Shown piece after piece: positions 7,703 to 16,262 of a stretch of 39,627 nt of DNA. This DNA is from Alphaproteobacteria bacterium (GTDB lineage: Bacteria; Pseudomonadota; Alphaproteobacteria; Caulobacterales; Maricaulaceae): assembly GCA_021776705.1 (NCBI GenBank), contig JAJFFL010000166.1:1-39627 (forward strand), written 5' to 3'. The notes below the pieces were generated by a model. That model was given only the letters and a program-made list of their open reading frames with translations. It did not search any database and was not told the DNA's origin. Numbering within the stretch: the stretch's first letter is position 1; the number at the start of each line of letters is the position of its first letter. The translations under genes and the position numbers were made by a program.

Positions 7703-8532
7703 AAGGCGGCGGCTCCCAACGCCGCCAGGGGCGGATTCAGGCTCAGGGCCCCCGAGGCCTGACGACCGCCGTAGCGCAACGGCCGGCCGACGAGGGTCAC
7801 GACTTGGCCGCCCGACGCCCGCACGACCGCGTCGCCGGCGGCCGTGTCCCATTGCGACGTCGGGGTGCAGCGGGCGTGCAGGTGCCCCTGCCCCTCCGAG
7901 ATCAATCCATATTTCAGCGACGATCCGACGTGACGGCGCTCGGCGATGTCGTAGCGGGCCAGAAACGCTTCGATTTCGTTGTCCGGCCGGGAACTGACCA
8001 AGGCGACCAGATCGCGATCCCGGGGTTCGCCGACGAAGATCGGCGTGCGATTCGTCGGCCGCCCTGCGAAGACGTCCGACGCCCAAGCGCCGGCGCCGGC
8101 GCGTCCCGCCCACATGCGGGCCTTTTGCGGTGCGACGACGACGCCGGCCGTGGGGACGCCGGCTTCGATCAGCGCGATGTTGACGGTGAAGGCGCCGGCG
8201 CCCGCGGCCCCCTTTACGAAATCCGCCGTGCCGTCGAGGGCGTCGATGAGAAAGAATGCGTCCCCGAGATCGTCGGGCGGCCCGTCGGCGGACACGCGTT
8301 CTTCAGCGACCACGGCGACGCCCGGCGCCATGCGCATGACGTGCTCGACAATTCGGTCCTCGGCCGCGCGGTCCGCGCTCGTGACCGGCGAACCGTCATC
8401 CTTGCGGACGACCTCGAAATCGGAACCGAAAGCGTCGAGAACGATGCTCGCCGCATCCAGAGCGGCGGTCGCGAGCGCGCGCTCAAATGCAACGTCGGCT
8501 ATTTTTGACGGCGAACCGGCCGGTCGACTCAC
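7672..8532 (-). CDS. cysQ: 3'(2'),5'-bisphosphate nucleotidase CysQ-like (IMPase fold)
   Basis: SPVTSADRAAE, FFLIDALDGTADF and WDTAAGDAVVRASGG are CysQ-like motifs. I chose the GTG at 8532 because it overlaps the sqdB stop (GTGA at 8529-8532). The ORF's outermost start is at 8565 and an alternative TTG is at 8553. Confidence 0.75.
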   Translation of the reverse strand: MSRPAGSPSKIADVAFERALATAALDAASIVLDAFGSDFEVVRKDDGSPVTSADRAAEDRIVEHVMRMAPGVAVVAEERVSADGPPDDLGDAFFLIDALDGTADFVKGAAGAGAFTVNIALIEAGVPTAGVVVAPQKARMWAGRAGAGAWASDVFAGRPTNRTPIFVGEPRDRDLVALVSSRPDNEIEAFLARYDIAERRHVGSSLKYGLISEGQGHLHARCTPTSQWDTAAGDAVVRASGGQVVTLVGRPLRYGGRQASGALSLNPPLAALGAAAFQPAGFSGQS

Positions 8533-9701
8533 TCCGCCGCCGGCTGGCGCCAATACGACACGCACGGAATTTTCGACCGGTCGCAGCGGTCGGCGTACTT
8601 GCGCGCGATCTCGGTGACCTCTTCCAGCAACCCGGCTTCCAGCGTGATCGGCTCGAGCCCGAGATGCAAAAAGCGATCGTTCTCGACATGCAGCTCGTTT
8701 TCGGCGGCTTCGTTGCGCGGGTTTTCGACGTAGGCGATTTTGGCTCCGGTCATTTTTGCGATTATTTCCGCCAGTTCCCGAACCCGATGGGTCTCAGTCA
8801 TTTGATTCAAGATGTTGACGCGCTCGCCGGACTGCGGCGGGTTTTCAACCGCCAGCTCGATGCAGCGCACGGTGTCCTGAATGTGAATGAAGGCCCGGGT
8901 CTGGCCGCCGGTGCCGTGAACGGACAGCGGATAATCGACCGCCGCCTGCATCAAAAAGCGATTGAGGACCGTGCCGTAGTCGCCGTCGTAGTCGAACCGG
9001 TTGATCAGACGCTTGTCCTTCTTGGTCTCTTCCGTCTGGGTGCCCCAAACGATGCCCTGGTGAAGGTCCGTGATCTTCACGCCGTCGTTCTTGTTGTAGA
9101 AGTGGAAGAAGAGCTGATCCTGGGTCTTCGTCATGTGGTAGATCGAACCCGGATTTGCCGGATAAAGAATTTCCTGCTCGACCGGACCGCGGTCGGTTTC
9201 GACCGCGATTTTCAGGTAGCCCTCAGGAATCTTCATGCCGGCCGTGCCGTAGCCGTAGACGCCCATGGTGCCGAGATGGACGAGGTGCACGTCCTGGCCG
9301 GACTCGACGATCGCCGCGAGCACGTCGTTGGTGGCGTTGAGGTTGTTGGAGACCGTGTAGCGCTTGTGCGAGCTCGACTTCATTGAATAGGGAGCGGCGC
9401 GCTGTTCGGCGAAATGAATGATCGTGTCGGGCTTGAAATCACGGATCAGCGTCAACAGCCGGTGATAGTGCTCGCCAACCGAGAAGCCGTGGAAATCGAT
9501 GGTCTTGCCCGACACCTCTTTCCATGCCCCCAACCGCTCGCCCATAGGGCGGATCGGCGTCAGCGATTCAACTTCCAGTTCGACGTCGATCTTGCGGCGC
9601 GACAGGTTGTCGACGATGACCACGTCGTGGCCGCGCTCGGAGAGATGCAGGGCCGTCGGCCAGCCGCAGAACCCGTCCCCGCCCAACACGATGATCTTCA
9701 T
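8529..9701 (-). CDS. sqdB: UDP-sulfoquinovose synthase (SqdB/SQD1)
   Basis: The ATG at 9701 gives MKIIVLGGDGFCGWPTALHLS...HFAEQRAAPYSM...LGTMGVYGYG...SIYHMTKTQD...LNRFLMQAAVDYPLSVHGTGGQTRAFIHIQDTV. This is collinear with plant SQD1 and bacterial SqdB as I remember them, including GGDG(Y/F)CGW. Confidence 0.9.
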   Translation of the reverse strand: MKIIVLGGDGFCGWPTALHLSERGHDVVIVDNLSRRKIDVELEVESLTPIRPMGERLGAWKEVSGKTIDFHGFSVGEHYHRLLTLIRDFKPDTIIHFAEQRAAPYSMKSSSHKRYTVSNNLNATNDVLAAIVESGQDVHLVHLGTMGVYGYGTAGMKIPEGYLKIAVETDRGPVEQEILYPANPGSIYHMTKTQDQLFFHFYNKNDGVKITDLHQGIVWGTQTEETKKDKRLINRFDYDGDYGTVLNRFLMQAAVDYPLSVHGTGGQTRAFIHIQDTVRCIELAVENPPQSGERVNILNQMTETHRVRELAEIIAKMTGAKIAYVENPRNEAAENELHVENDRFLHLGLEPITLEAGLLEEVTEIARKYADRCDRSKIPCVSYWRQPAAE

Positions 9702-9845
9702 CTTTTCACCTTCTCGCCGTCGGCGCGGTCGCGACGGCGGCCCGCCCTTCACCTTGAAAAATACCGAGAAACGCGGGTCATGCCACGCCGAGAGTCATAT
9801 CTCGCGACCGCGAAGCGCGTCTGCTACCGTTCCGGCGATTGCGTG

Positions 9846-10844
9846 TCAAATTGAACCCGCGCCGGGCGCGTGCGCGTGGGTCGACGTGCGTTCGCGGTAC
9901 CAGTCGACGAAGACCGGCAAGCCGTCGGCCAAGCGGGTCGTGGGGGCCCAGCCAAAGTCCCGTTTCATGGCCGAAATGTCGGCGAAAGTCGACAACACAT
10001 CGCCGGGCTGCATCGGTTTCATGACTTTGATTGCTTTTCGACCGGTGGCGCGCTCGAGCGCCGCGATAAAATCCAGCAATTCCACGGGGTCGTTGTTGCC
10101 GATGTTGTAGAGTCGGTGCTCGCCGCGCGCCGCCGGCGATTTGAGAACGGCGTCCACACCGGAAACGATGTCGTCGATGAAGGTGAAGTCGCGTTTCAGC
10201 CGCCCTTCATTGAACACGTCGATCGGCTCGCCGGCGAGAATCTTTTGCGTGAACATCCAGTAGGCCATGTCGGGGCGGCCCCAGGGTCCATACACGGTGA
10301 AGAAGCGCAATCCGGTGATCGGCAGCGTGTAGAGCCGGGCGTAGGTTGCGCTCATCAACTCGTCGGCGCGTTTCGTCGCCGCGTAGAGCGACGCGGGCGC
10401 GTCCACGGGGTCCGTTTCTTTGAACGGACCCTCGGCGCGATTCCCGTAGACAGAACTCGACGACGCGTAGACCAGGTGCTCCAGCCCGCCGCCCAGGGCG
10501 CGCGCCGCTTCGAGCACCGACAGATGGCCGGTGAGATTGGATTGAGCGTAGGCGAACGGGTCCTGCAGCGAATAGCGGACGCCGGCTTGAGCCGCGAGAT
10601 GGAGTATCGTGCGCGGGCGCTCGGCGCGCGCCAAGTCGGCGACGGCGGCGTGATCAGCAAGATCGAGCCGGTGGAAGCTGAAATCGCCGAGACCGGCAAG
10701 CGAAGCCAAGCGGTCCCGTTTCAGGGCCGGGTCGTAGTACGGGTTGAGGTTGTCCAGACCGACAACCCGCCGGCCCGCCGCCAGCAAACGGGCGCAGGCG
10801 TGGCGGCCGATAAACCCTGCGGCGCCCGTCACCAAAATCGTCAT
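9846..10844 (-). CDS. NAD-dependent nucleotide-sugar epimerase, UDP-glucuronate 4-epimerase-like
   Basis: MTILVTGAAGFIGRH is the Rossmann GxxGxxG motif, followed by LDNLNPYYDPALKRDRL, ASSSSVYG, YAATKRADELM (the YxxxK motif) and RFFTVYGPWGRPDMA. This pattern is typical of the GlcA/GalA epimerase clade of SDR-extended enzymes. Confidence 0.8.
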   Translation of the reverse strand: MTILVTGAAGFIGRHACARLLAAGRRVVGLDNLNPYYDPALKRDRLASLAGLGDFSFHRLDLADHAAVADLARAERPRTILHLAAQAGVRYSLQDPFAYAQSNLTGHLSVLEAARALGGGLEHLVYASSSSVYGNRAEGPFKETDPVDAPASLYAATKRADELMSATYARLYTLPITGLRFFTVYGPWGRPDMAYWMFTQKILAGEPIDVFNEGRLKRDFTFIDDIVSGVDAVLKSPAARGEHRLYNIGNNDPVELLDFIAALERATGRKAIKVMKPMQPGDVLSTFADISAMKRDFGWAPTTRLADGLPVFVDWYRERTSTHAHAPGAGSI

Positions 10845-10973
10845 TCGGCCCCCGGTGTTGCGTTCTGGGTTTCGAAGCTCCAGACCGGCGGGCTAGATAG
10901 AGGGTTCCGCCCGGCGTGTCGACGACGAGCGGCTCTTGGGGCTGCGATCCCCGTCGGCGTTAGGAGGCACAGC

Positions 10974-11549
10974 GTGCGCACCGGCCTGTTCATACCGTCC
11001 GCCCTTTTCGCTTCCGCGGCCATGATCGGCCTCGCCCTCAAACCCGGATGGGACGACGCGCAAAACTGGCGTGAAACCATGCGGCGGATCGAACAACGCG
11101 GCTTTATCGTCGACGGCGAGGCGCTGGAAGACCTCGAAGCCACGCTCGGCACCGGACTCGACACCGAACCGGTGCGTGGCGGCCGCAAGGCCATCATCCG
11201 CGCCTACGAAGACCTCGGCGAAGGACGCCAACACGGCGTTCTCTACACTTTGACGCCCGCCGTGGCCGGCATATTCGAGGGCCGCAAAATTGAGATCACG
11301 TTGACGGTGCGGACCGCCGAGCCCCGCCCCTCGTCGATGTTTGCGGCGCGATTTTTCATGGTCGGATCGCCGCAGACGGAATGGCGTCGGTTCGAGCCCG
11401 GCGAGCAGTACGAAGAGATTTCTTTCGAAGTGACGCCGCCGAAGGACCCGCAAGGCGGCAACTTGGCCCGCATCGCGATTTGGCCCGACGTCAAGGGCGA
11501 CGGCGGCGGCATCGATATCGTCCGCATCCGCATCCGCGTCCTGGATTGA
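10974..11549 (+). CDS. Hypothetical exported or membrane-anchored protein (191 aa)
   Basis: GTG at 10974 with a perfect AGGAGG SD (10962-10967), in frame with the 3' end of the otherwise antisense ORF 9870..11549. The N-terminus is hydrophobic (LFIPSALFASAAMIGLAL). No family recognised. Confidence 0.6.
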   Translation: MRTGLFIPSALFASAAMIGLALKPGWDDAQNWRETMRRIEQRGFIVDGEALEDLEATLGTGLDTEPVRGGRKAIIRAYEDLGEGRQHGVLYTLTPAVAGIFEGRKIEITLTVRTAEPRPSSMFAARFFMVGSPQTEWRRFEPGEQYEEISFEVTPPKDPQGGNLARIAIWPDVKGDGGGIDIVRIRIRVLD

Positions 11550-11558
11550 TCGCGCGGT

Positions 11559-12593
11559 TTACGCGAGCCCGAGGCGCTCGCCGCCATAGCGGCGCGCCGA
11601 CACCTCCTCCATCCACGCTCGATTGTCGGCGTACCACAGCACGGTCTCCTCAAGACCCTGCTCGAACGCAATCCGCGGCGACCAACCTGTCGCCGCGCGC
11701 AGCCGCGCGGCGTCCAACGCGTAGCGGCGATCGTGGCCCGGTCGGTCCGCCACGAACGAAATCAGCCGGTCGTGCGGCGCGGCGTCGGGTCGCAGCTTGT
11801 CCAGCCCGGCGCAAATCGCGCGCACGACATCGAGGTTGGTGCGGGGATCCTGAGCCCCGACGTTGTAGGTCTCGCCTGTCGCGCCGCGCTGCAGGATCGC
11901 CGCAAGCGCGCGCGCGTGATCGTCGACGTGGATCCAGTCGCGCTCGTTGAGTCCGTCGCCGTAGACCGGCAAGGCCTCGCCGGCGAGGCCTTTGGCGATC
12001 ATCAACGGAATGAGTTTTTCCGGAAACTGGCGAGGCCCATAGTTGTTGCCGCAGTTGGAGACGACGACGTCCAGGCCGTACGTCTTGGTCCACGCCCGGG
12101 CGAAGTGATCCGCCGCCGCCTTGCTGGCCGCGTAGGGGGAGTTGGGCCGGTAGGCGTCGCCTTCGACCGAAATCTCGCCGGGACTCAGCGACCCATAGAC
12201 CTCGTCCGTGGACACATGCAGCATTCGGACGCCGCGCGACGCCTTGTCGCGATAAGCGGCGACCGCAGCCAACAACGTCGTGGCGCCGACGACGTTGGTC
12301 GAGACAAATGCGTCTGGCCCGTCGATCGAACGGTCGACGTGGGTTTCGGCGGCGAGGTGTGCGACAGCGTCCGGGCGGTGTTCTTCCAGGATTCGATCGA
12401 GCGCCGCCCGATCGCGAATGTCCGCCCGTTCAAACGCGTATCCCGGATCGCCGTCGAGATCCGACAAGGCGTTCGGATCCGCGGCGTAGGTCAACGCGTC
12501 TAGATTGACGACCGCCCAGCCGTTTTCGCGCACGAACAGACGGCATGCCGCGGAGCCGATGAACCCGCACCCGCCGGTCACCAGCACCTTCAT
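11559..12593 (-). CDS. rfbB: dTDP-glucose 4,6-dehydratase
   Basis: MKVLVTGGCGFIGSA, HLAAETHVDRSI, STDEVYGS, YAASKAAADH and NCGNNYGPRQFPEKLIP are RfbB signature blocks. Confidence 0.93.
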   Translation of the reverse strand: MKVLVTGGCGFIGSAACRLFVRENGWAVVNLDALTYAADPNALSDLDGDPGYAFERADIRDRAALDRILEEHRPDAVAHLAAETHVDRSIDGPDAFVSTNVVGATTLLAAVAAYRDKASRGVRMLHVSTDEVYGSLSPGEISVEGDAYRPNSPYAASKAAADHFARAWTKTYGLDVVVSNCGNNYGPRQFPEKLIPLMIAKGLAGEALPVYGDGLNERDWIHVDDHARALAAILQRGATGETYNVGAQDPRTNLDVVRAICAGLDKLRPDAAPHDRLISFVADRPGHDRRYALDAARLRAATGWSPRIAFEQGLEETVLWYADNRAWMEEVSARRYGGERLGLA

Positions 12594-13159
12594 GACCTGA
12601 CCTCGAAGTAGACCGGCAATTCCGACAGCCTCGGAAATTCCGCATCCCGCTCATTGACCGTGACCGCGGCGACGTCGACGCCCCAATCAATGTTCACGTC
12701 GGGATCGTTCCACGCCAGTCCGCGCTCGGCCTCTGGCGCATAATGCCCGCTGCACTTGTAGAGCACGTGCGTGTCAGGTTCACGCGTCAGGTAGCCATGC
12801 GCGAATCCGGGCGGGACCCAGATTTGCTTCTGGTTGGACGCCGACAACTCGACGGCGGCATGGCGGCCGAACGTCGCGGACCCGGCGCGAATGTCGACGG
12901 CGACGTCAATCACGGCGCCGCGGACCACGCGAACCAACTTGCCCTGCGCGTGCGGCGGGATTTGAAAATGCAGGCCGCGCAAGACGCCGGCGTTCGCCGT
13001 GAACGCGTGATTGTCCTGAACGAAGTCGGCGTCGACCCCGGCCGCCGCCCAGTCGCTGCGGTTCCAAGTCTCGGCGAACCAGCCGCGGTCGTCCCCGAAC
13101 AAAGCGGGTTCCAAGACGAGAACGTCGGCGATCGTCGCGGGTCGGGCCGTCACAGGCAT
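12590..13159 (-). CDS. rfbC: dTDP-4-dehydrorhamnose 3,5-epimerase
   Basis: The ATG at 13159 gives MPVTARPATIADVLVLEPALFGDDRGWFAETW...NHAFTANAGVLRGLHFQ.PPHAQGKLVRVVRGAVIDVAVDIR...GFAHGY. The stop overlaps the rfbB start (ATGA at 12590-12593). Confidence 0.92.
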   Translation of the reverse strand: MPVTARPATIADVLVLEPALFGDDRGWFAETWNRSDWAAAGVDADFVQDNHAFTANAGVLRGLHFQIPPHAQGKLVRVVRGAVIDVAVDIRAGSATFGRHAAVELSASNQKQIWVPPGFAHGYLTREPDTHVLYKCSGHYAPEAERGLAWNDPDVNIDWGVDVAAVTVNERDAEFPRLSELPVYFEVRS

Positions 13160-13223
13160 GCGGCGCGGTCTAGACGCGGGGCCCGGCGCGCACAAGCGCC
13201 GGTATCGGTCAGACCGCCGTCGC

Positions 13224-14384
13224 TCAACCCGCGAGGCGCTCCGCCAAACGGCGCATGAACGCCGAACCTGCGTCGAGCTGACCGATCTCGATGTATTCGT
13301 CCGGCTGGTGCGCCTGGGCGATCGAACCCGGCCCGCACATCACGGTGGAGTAGCCGCCGGATTGGAATTGGCCCCCCTCCGCCCCAAAGGAGACGACATG
13401 GGTCCCGTTGTCCCCGGTGAGCCCGCGCGCAAGGCGTTCCGCGGCTCCTCCGGGTTCCGGCTTCAGCGCCGGAACGTCGGACCGAACCGACACCGTCACG
13501 GCCGCGTCCGGCGCGTGCCGCCGCATCTCGGCCTGAACTTCGTCGGCCTTGCGTCTCAAGGCGGCTTCAACACGGGCGACGTCGTCCCACGGCGCCGGGC
13601 GCAACAGGGTCTCAAACCACGCCGACTTGGCCAGAATGTTGGTCGCGACCCCGCCGTGAACACGGCCGACCGTCGCGGTTCCGAATGGCGGATCAAACGG
13701 AGAATCCGCCGGGGCCGCGGCCTCCATGTCGCGGGCGGCGTCGATCACGACTTGCATCAGCGGCACGAGGTGGGTGACGGCGCACGCGCCATGGCGCACG
13801 CGGCTGGAATGCGCCTCCTGACCCAGCACGTCGACTCGAAACGACAGCAACCCTTTGTGGGCCGTCACCACCTTCATCTTCGTCGGTTCGCCGACGATGA
13901 CGGCCTCCACGGACGGCAATTCCTTAACCATGCGGGCGATCATCGCCGGGGCGCCGAGGCAGCCGACTTCTTCGTCGTGCGACAAGGCGAAGTGAATCGG
14001 GCGCGTCAATCCGGCCGCCAGAAAGTCCGGCAGCGCCGCGAGAGCGCACGCGATGAACCCTTTCATGTCGCACGCGCCGCGGCCGAACAGACGCCCCTCG
14101 CGCTCAGTCAGCGTCCATGGGTCGCTGGACCACGCCTGGCCGTCGACGGGCACGACGTCTGTATGACCGGACAACACCACGCCGCCCGGCGCGTCTGGTC
14201 CGATCGACCCGATCAAGTTCGCCTTGAGCCCGTCGGCGCTGGGCACGCGCACGGTCCGGCCGCCGGCCGACGTGATCACCTGATCGGCGAAGTCGATGAC
14301 GGCGAGATTGGACTTTGAGGAGGTCGTGTCGAAGGCGACCAAGTCCCGGAGAAAATCCCGCGCGTCAGACTGCGATTGGCTCAT
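13224..14384 (-). CDS. argE: M20-family deacylase, acetylornithine deacetylase (ArgE)-like
   Basis: LVAFDTTSSKSN, VVLSGHTDVVPV, RLFGRGACDMKGF, SHDEEVG and a C-terminal QAHQPDEYIEI are typical ArgE/DapE-type M20 motifs. Confidence 0.8.
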   Translation of the reverse strand: MSQSQSDARDFLRDLVAFDTTSSKSNLAVIDFADQVITSAGGRTVRVPSADGLKANLIGSIGPDAPGGVVLSGHTDVVPVDGQAWSSDPWTLTEREGRLFGRGACDMKGFIACALAALPDFLAAGLTRPIHFALSHDEEVGCLGAPAMIARMVKELPSVEAVIVGEPTKMKVVTAHKGLLSFRVDVLGQEAHSSRVRHGACAVTHLVPLMQVVIDAARDMEAAAPADSPFDPPFGTATVGRVHGGVATNILAKSAWFETLLRPAPWDDVARVEAALRRKADEVQAEMRRHAPDAAVTVSVRSDVPALKPEPGGAAERLARGLTGDNGTHVVSFGAEGGQFQSGGYSTVMCGPGSIAQAHQPDEYIEIGQLDAGSAFMRRLAERLAG

Positions 14385-14579
14385 AACGGGGCGATTCCAT
14401 TAGGTTTTTCTTGAAGTTTGCGGCGCACTTTGACGGTGCGACGCGGCGACGCCAAGCGCTTCCCCTAAAACAAGTGCGAACACTTTGAGTTTCCCCATTA
14501 ACGGGAATTTGGCGCGGAACGTGCATGCTTTTCTGTAACGCCGCTTTTGGCGGCCTGGTTGGATCGAAATGGTGCGCAG

Positions 14580-16199
14580 ATGCTGGCTCGTCTTGCACGT
14601 ATGACCCGAAGCCGCGACGGAAACGTCGCGATGATGTTCGGCTTGGCGATCGTCCCGTTCGTCGTTCTCGCCGGCTTGGCGATCGACTTCGGCCGGGCGT
14701 TGCACGTCCGCGCGCGGCTGGAACACGCCATCGACGCGGCCGGCTTGGCGGTCGGCGCGGCGCAAGGCTTGACCCAAGAAGAGGCCCAGGAACTCGGTTC
14801 GAAGTTCTTCGCCGCCAACTACCCTGACGAAGTCCTCGGCACGCCGTACGACGTCACGGTGACCCTGTACGACCAGTCGGTGACGGTCTCGGCCAAGGCG
14901 TCGGTCAATACGACCCTTCTTGGAATCATCGGCCGCGACTCGATCGACGTCGCCCGCGAAGTCGAAATTGAACGCGACGGTCAAGATCTCGAGCTCGTCA
15001 TGGTTCTCGACAACACCGGCTCGATGGGCGGCTCCAAAATCGCCGCGTTGCGCGACGCCGCGGACATGGCGACCGAAATCCTTTTCGACAACGCCGCCGG
15101 ACGGCCGGACGGCCTCAAGATCGGGCTTGTGCCGTTCTCGTCCGCCGTAAATGTCGGAACCGGTTTTGAACGGGCCTGGTGGATGGACGCCAATGGCGAT
15201 TCCCCGATCCATTCTTATCCGCTCTACTTCAACAAAAAAGTGAACCGCTGGGACCTGTTCGACGCGCTCCGCGAAGATTGGGACGGCTGCGTCGAAGCGC
15301 GCCCGGAACCCTTCGACCTCAACGACACGCCGCCGAATCTCGGCGATCCGCAAACGCTGTTCGTCCCCTACTTCGCGCCGGACGAGCCGGGCGACCGCGG
15401 GTCCGACGACAGCGGCTACTCCAACAGCTATCTCTCGGATGAAAACTGGAGCGACTACCGCGACTCCAGCGACTACGACGTCGGCTACAATTACGAATTT
15501 TCGATGGGCCAGGCCGCGAGCATGATCGACGGCCTCGCCGAAGGCGAAGGCCTGATCTACCGCAGCAGTTCCGCCGCGAAGCAGGCGAACGTGGACAAGT
15601 ATTTCAGCGGACGGACCCCGCGCCGCGGCGGCCCCAACGACGGGTGCACGGCGCGTCCGATCACGCCGATGACCGACAATGAGTCGGCTATCCGTGCGGA
15701 AGTCGGCAACATGATCGCCAGCGGCACCACGAACATCCCCAATGGGATCGCGTGGGGCCTGCGCGTCTTGTCGCCGGAAGTTCCGTTTTCGGAAGGCCGC
15801 AGCTGGAACGACGACAAGCTCGTCAAGGCGATGATCGTGCTGACCGACGGCGACAACTACATCAACACCCGCTCGAACCACAATGATTCCGCCTACACGA
15901 GCTACGGCTACGTGTCGGAAGGCCGGTTCGGGGTGGTGTCGTCGTCGCAGAACACCGTGGTTTCGGCGATGAACGACAAGACCGAAGAGGTCTGCGATAT
16001 CGCCAAGGGCCTCGGCGCGCGCATGTACACCATCACGTTCCAGGTCAGTTCATCGACGACTCGCAACATGATGAAAAGCTGCGCATCAACCGACCAAGAC
16101 GGCAAGGCGCTCTACTGGGACTCGCCGTCCAACGCCGCCCTGGAAGACGCGTTCAAGGAAATTGCGAAAGATTTGACGCAGCTTCGCCTGAAACGCTGA
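14580..16199 (+). CDS. TadE/TadG-like N-terminal domain plus von Willebrand factor A domain protein (pilus-assembly TadG-related)
   Basis: N-terminus RDGNVAMMFGLAIVPFVVLAGLAIDFGRA is the Tad-type motif. The VWA MIDAS-like motif is LVMVLDNTGSMGG, later GTTNIPNGIAWG and MIVLTDGDN. The start is ambiguous (ATG at 14580 or 14601; the ORF opens at 14547). Confidence 0.8.
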   Translation: MLARLARMTRSRDGNVAMMFGLAIVPFVVLAGLAIDFGRALHVRARLEHAIDAAGLAVGAAQGLTQEEAQELGSKFFAANYPDEVLGTPYDVTVTLYDQSVTVSAKASVNTTLLGIIGRDSIDVAREVEIERDGQDLELVMVLDNTGSMGGSKIAALRDAADMATEILFDNAAGRPDGLKIGLVPFSSAVNVGTGFERAWWMDANGDSPIHSYPLYFNKKVNRWDLFDALREDWDGCVEARPEPFDLNDTPPNLGDPQTLFVPYFAPDEPGDRGSDDSGYSNSYLSDENWSDYRDSSDYDVGYNYEFSMGQAASMIDGLAEGEGLIYRSSSAAKQANVDKYFSGRTPRRGGPNDGCTARPITPMTDNESAIRAEVGNMIASGTTNIPNGIAWGLRVLSPEVPFSEGRSWNDDKLVKAMIVLTDGDNYINTRSNHNDSAYTSYGYVSEGRFGVVSSSQNTVVSAMNDKTEEVCDIAKGLGARMYTITFQVSSSTTRNMMKSCASTDQDGKALYWDSPSNAALEDAFKEIAKDLTQLRLKR

Positions 16200-16221
16200 T
16201 CGCGGCGGGGGCGACCGCACC

Positions 16222-16253
16222 GAACCCCGGACGCCGCGCGTCCGGGGTTCTTT
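16222..16253 (+). terminator. Intrinsic terminator between the convergent tadG-like and FKBP genes
   Basis: Perfect 13-bp stem gaaccccggacgc (16222-16234) / gcgtccggggttc (16238-16250) with loop cgc, then ttt (16251-16253). Confidence 0.65.
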
Positions 16254-16262
16254 CATATCGAC

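Noticed and set aside
9870-10973. The 5' two-thirds of the 559-aa ORF 9870..11549 (+).
   Set aside because: It is antisense to the well-supported epimerase gene. Only the 3' part, after the GTG at 10974 with its AGGAGG SD, looks like a real gene.
14385-14579. CCCCATTA (sigma32 -10-like) and CTTGAA motifs in the argE/tadG divergent region.
   Set aside because: The two elements are about 65 nt apart instead of 13-17 nt, so they cannot form one sigma32 promoter. No heat-shock gene is adjacent.
13158-15881. Long ORFs antisense to argE (13158..14318 +, 386 aa) and to the tadG-like gene (14400..15881 -, 493 aa).
   Set aside because: Their composition is dominated by R, G, A, V, D and H, with no recognisable motifs. 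They mirror well-supported genes on the opposite strand. This is the usual stop-codon-poor antisense frame of GC-rich DNA.
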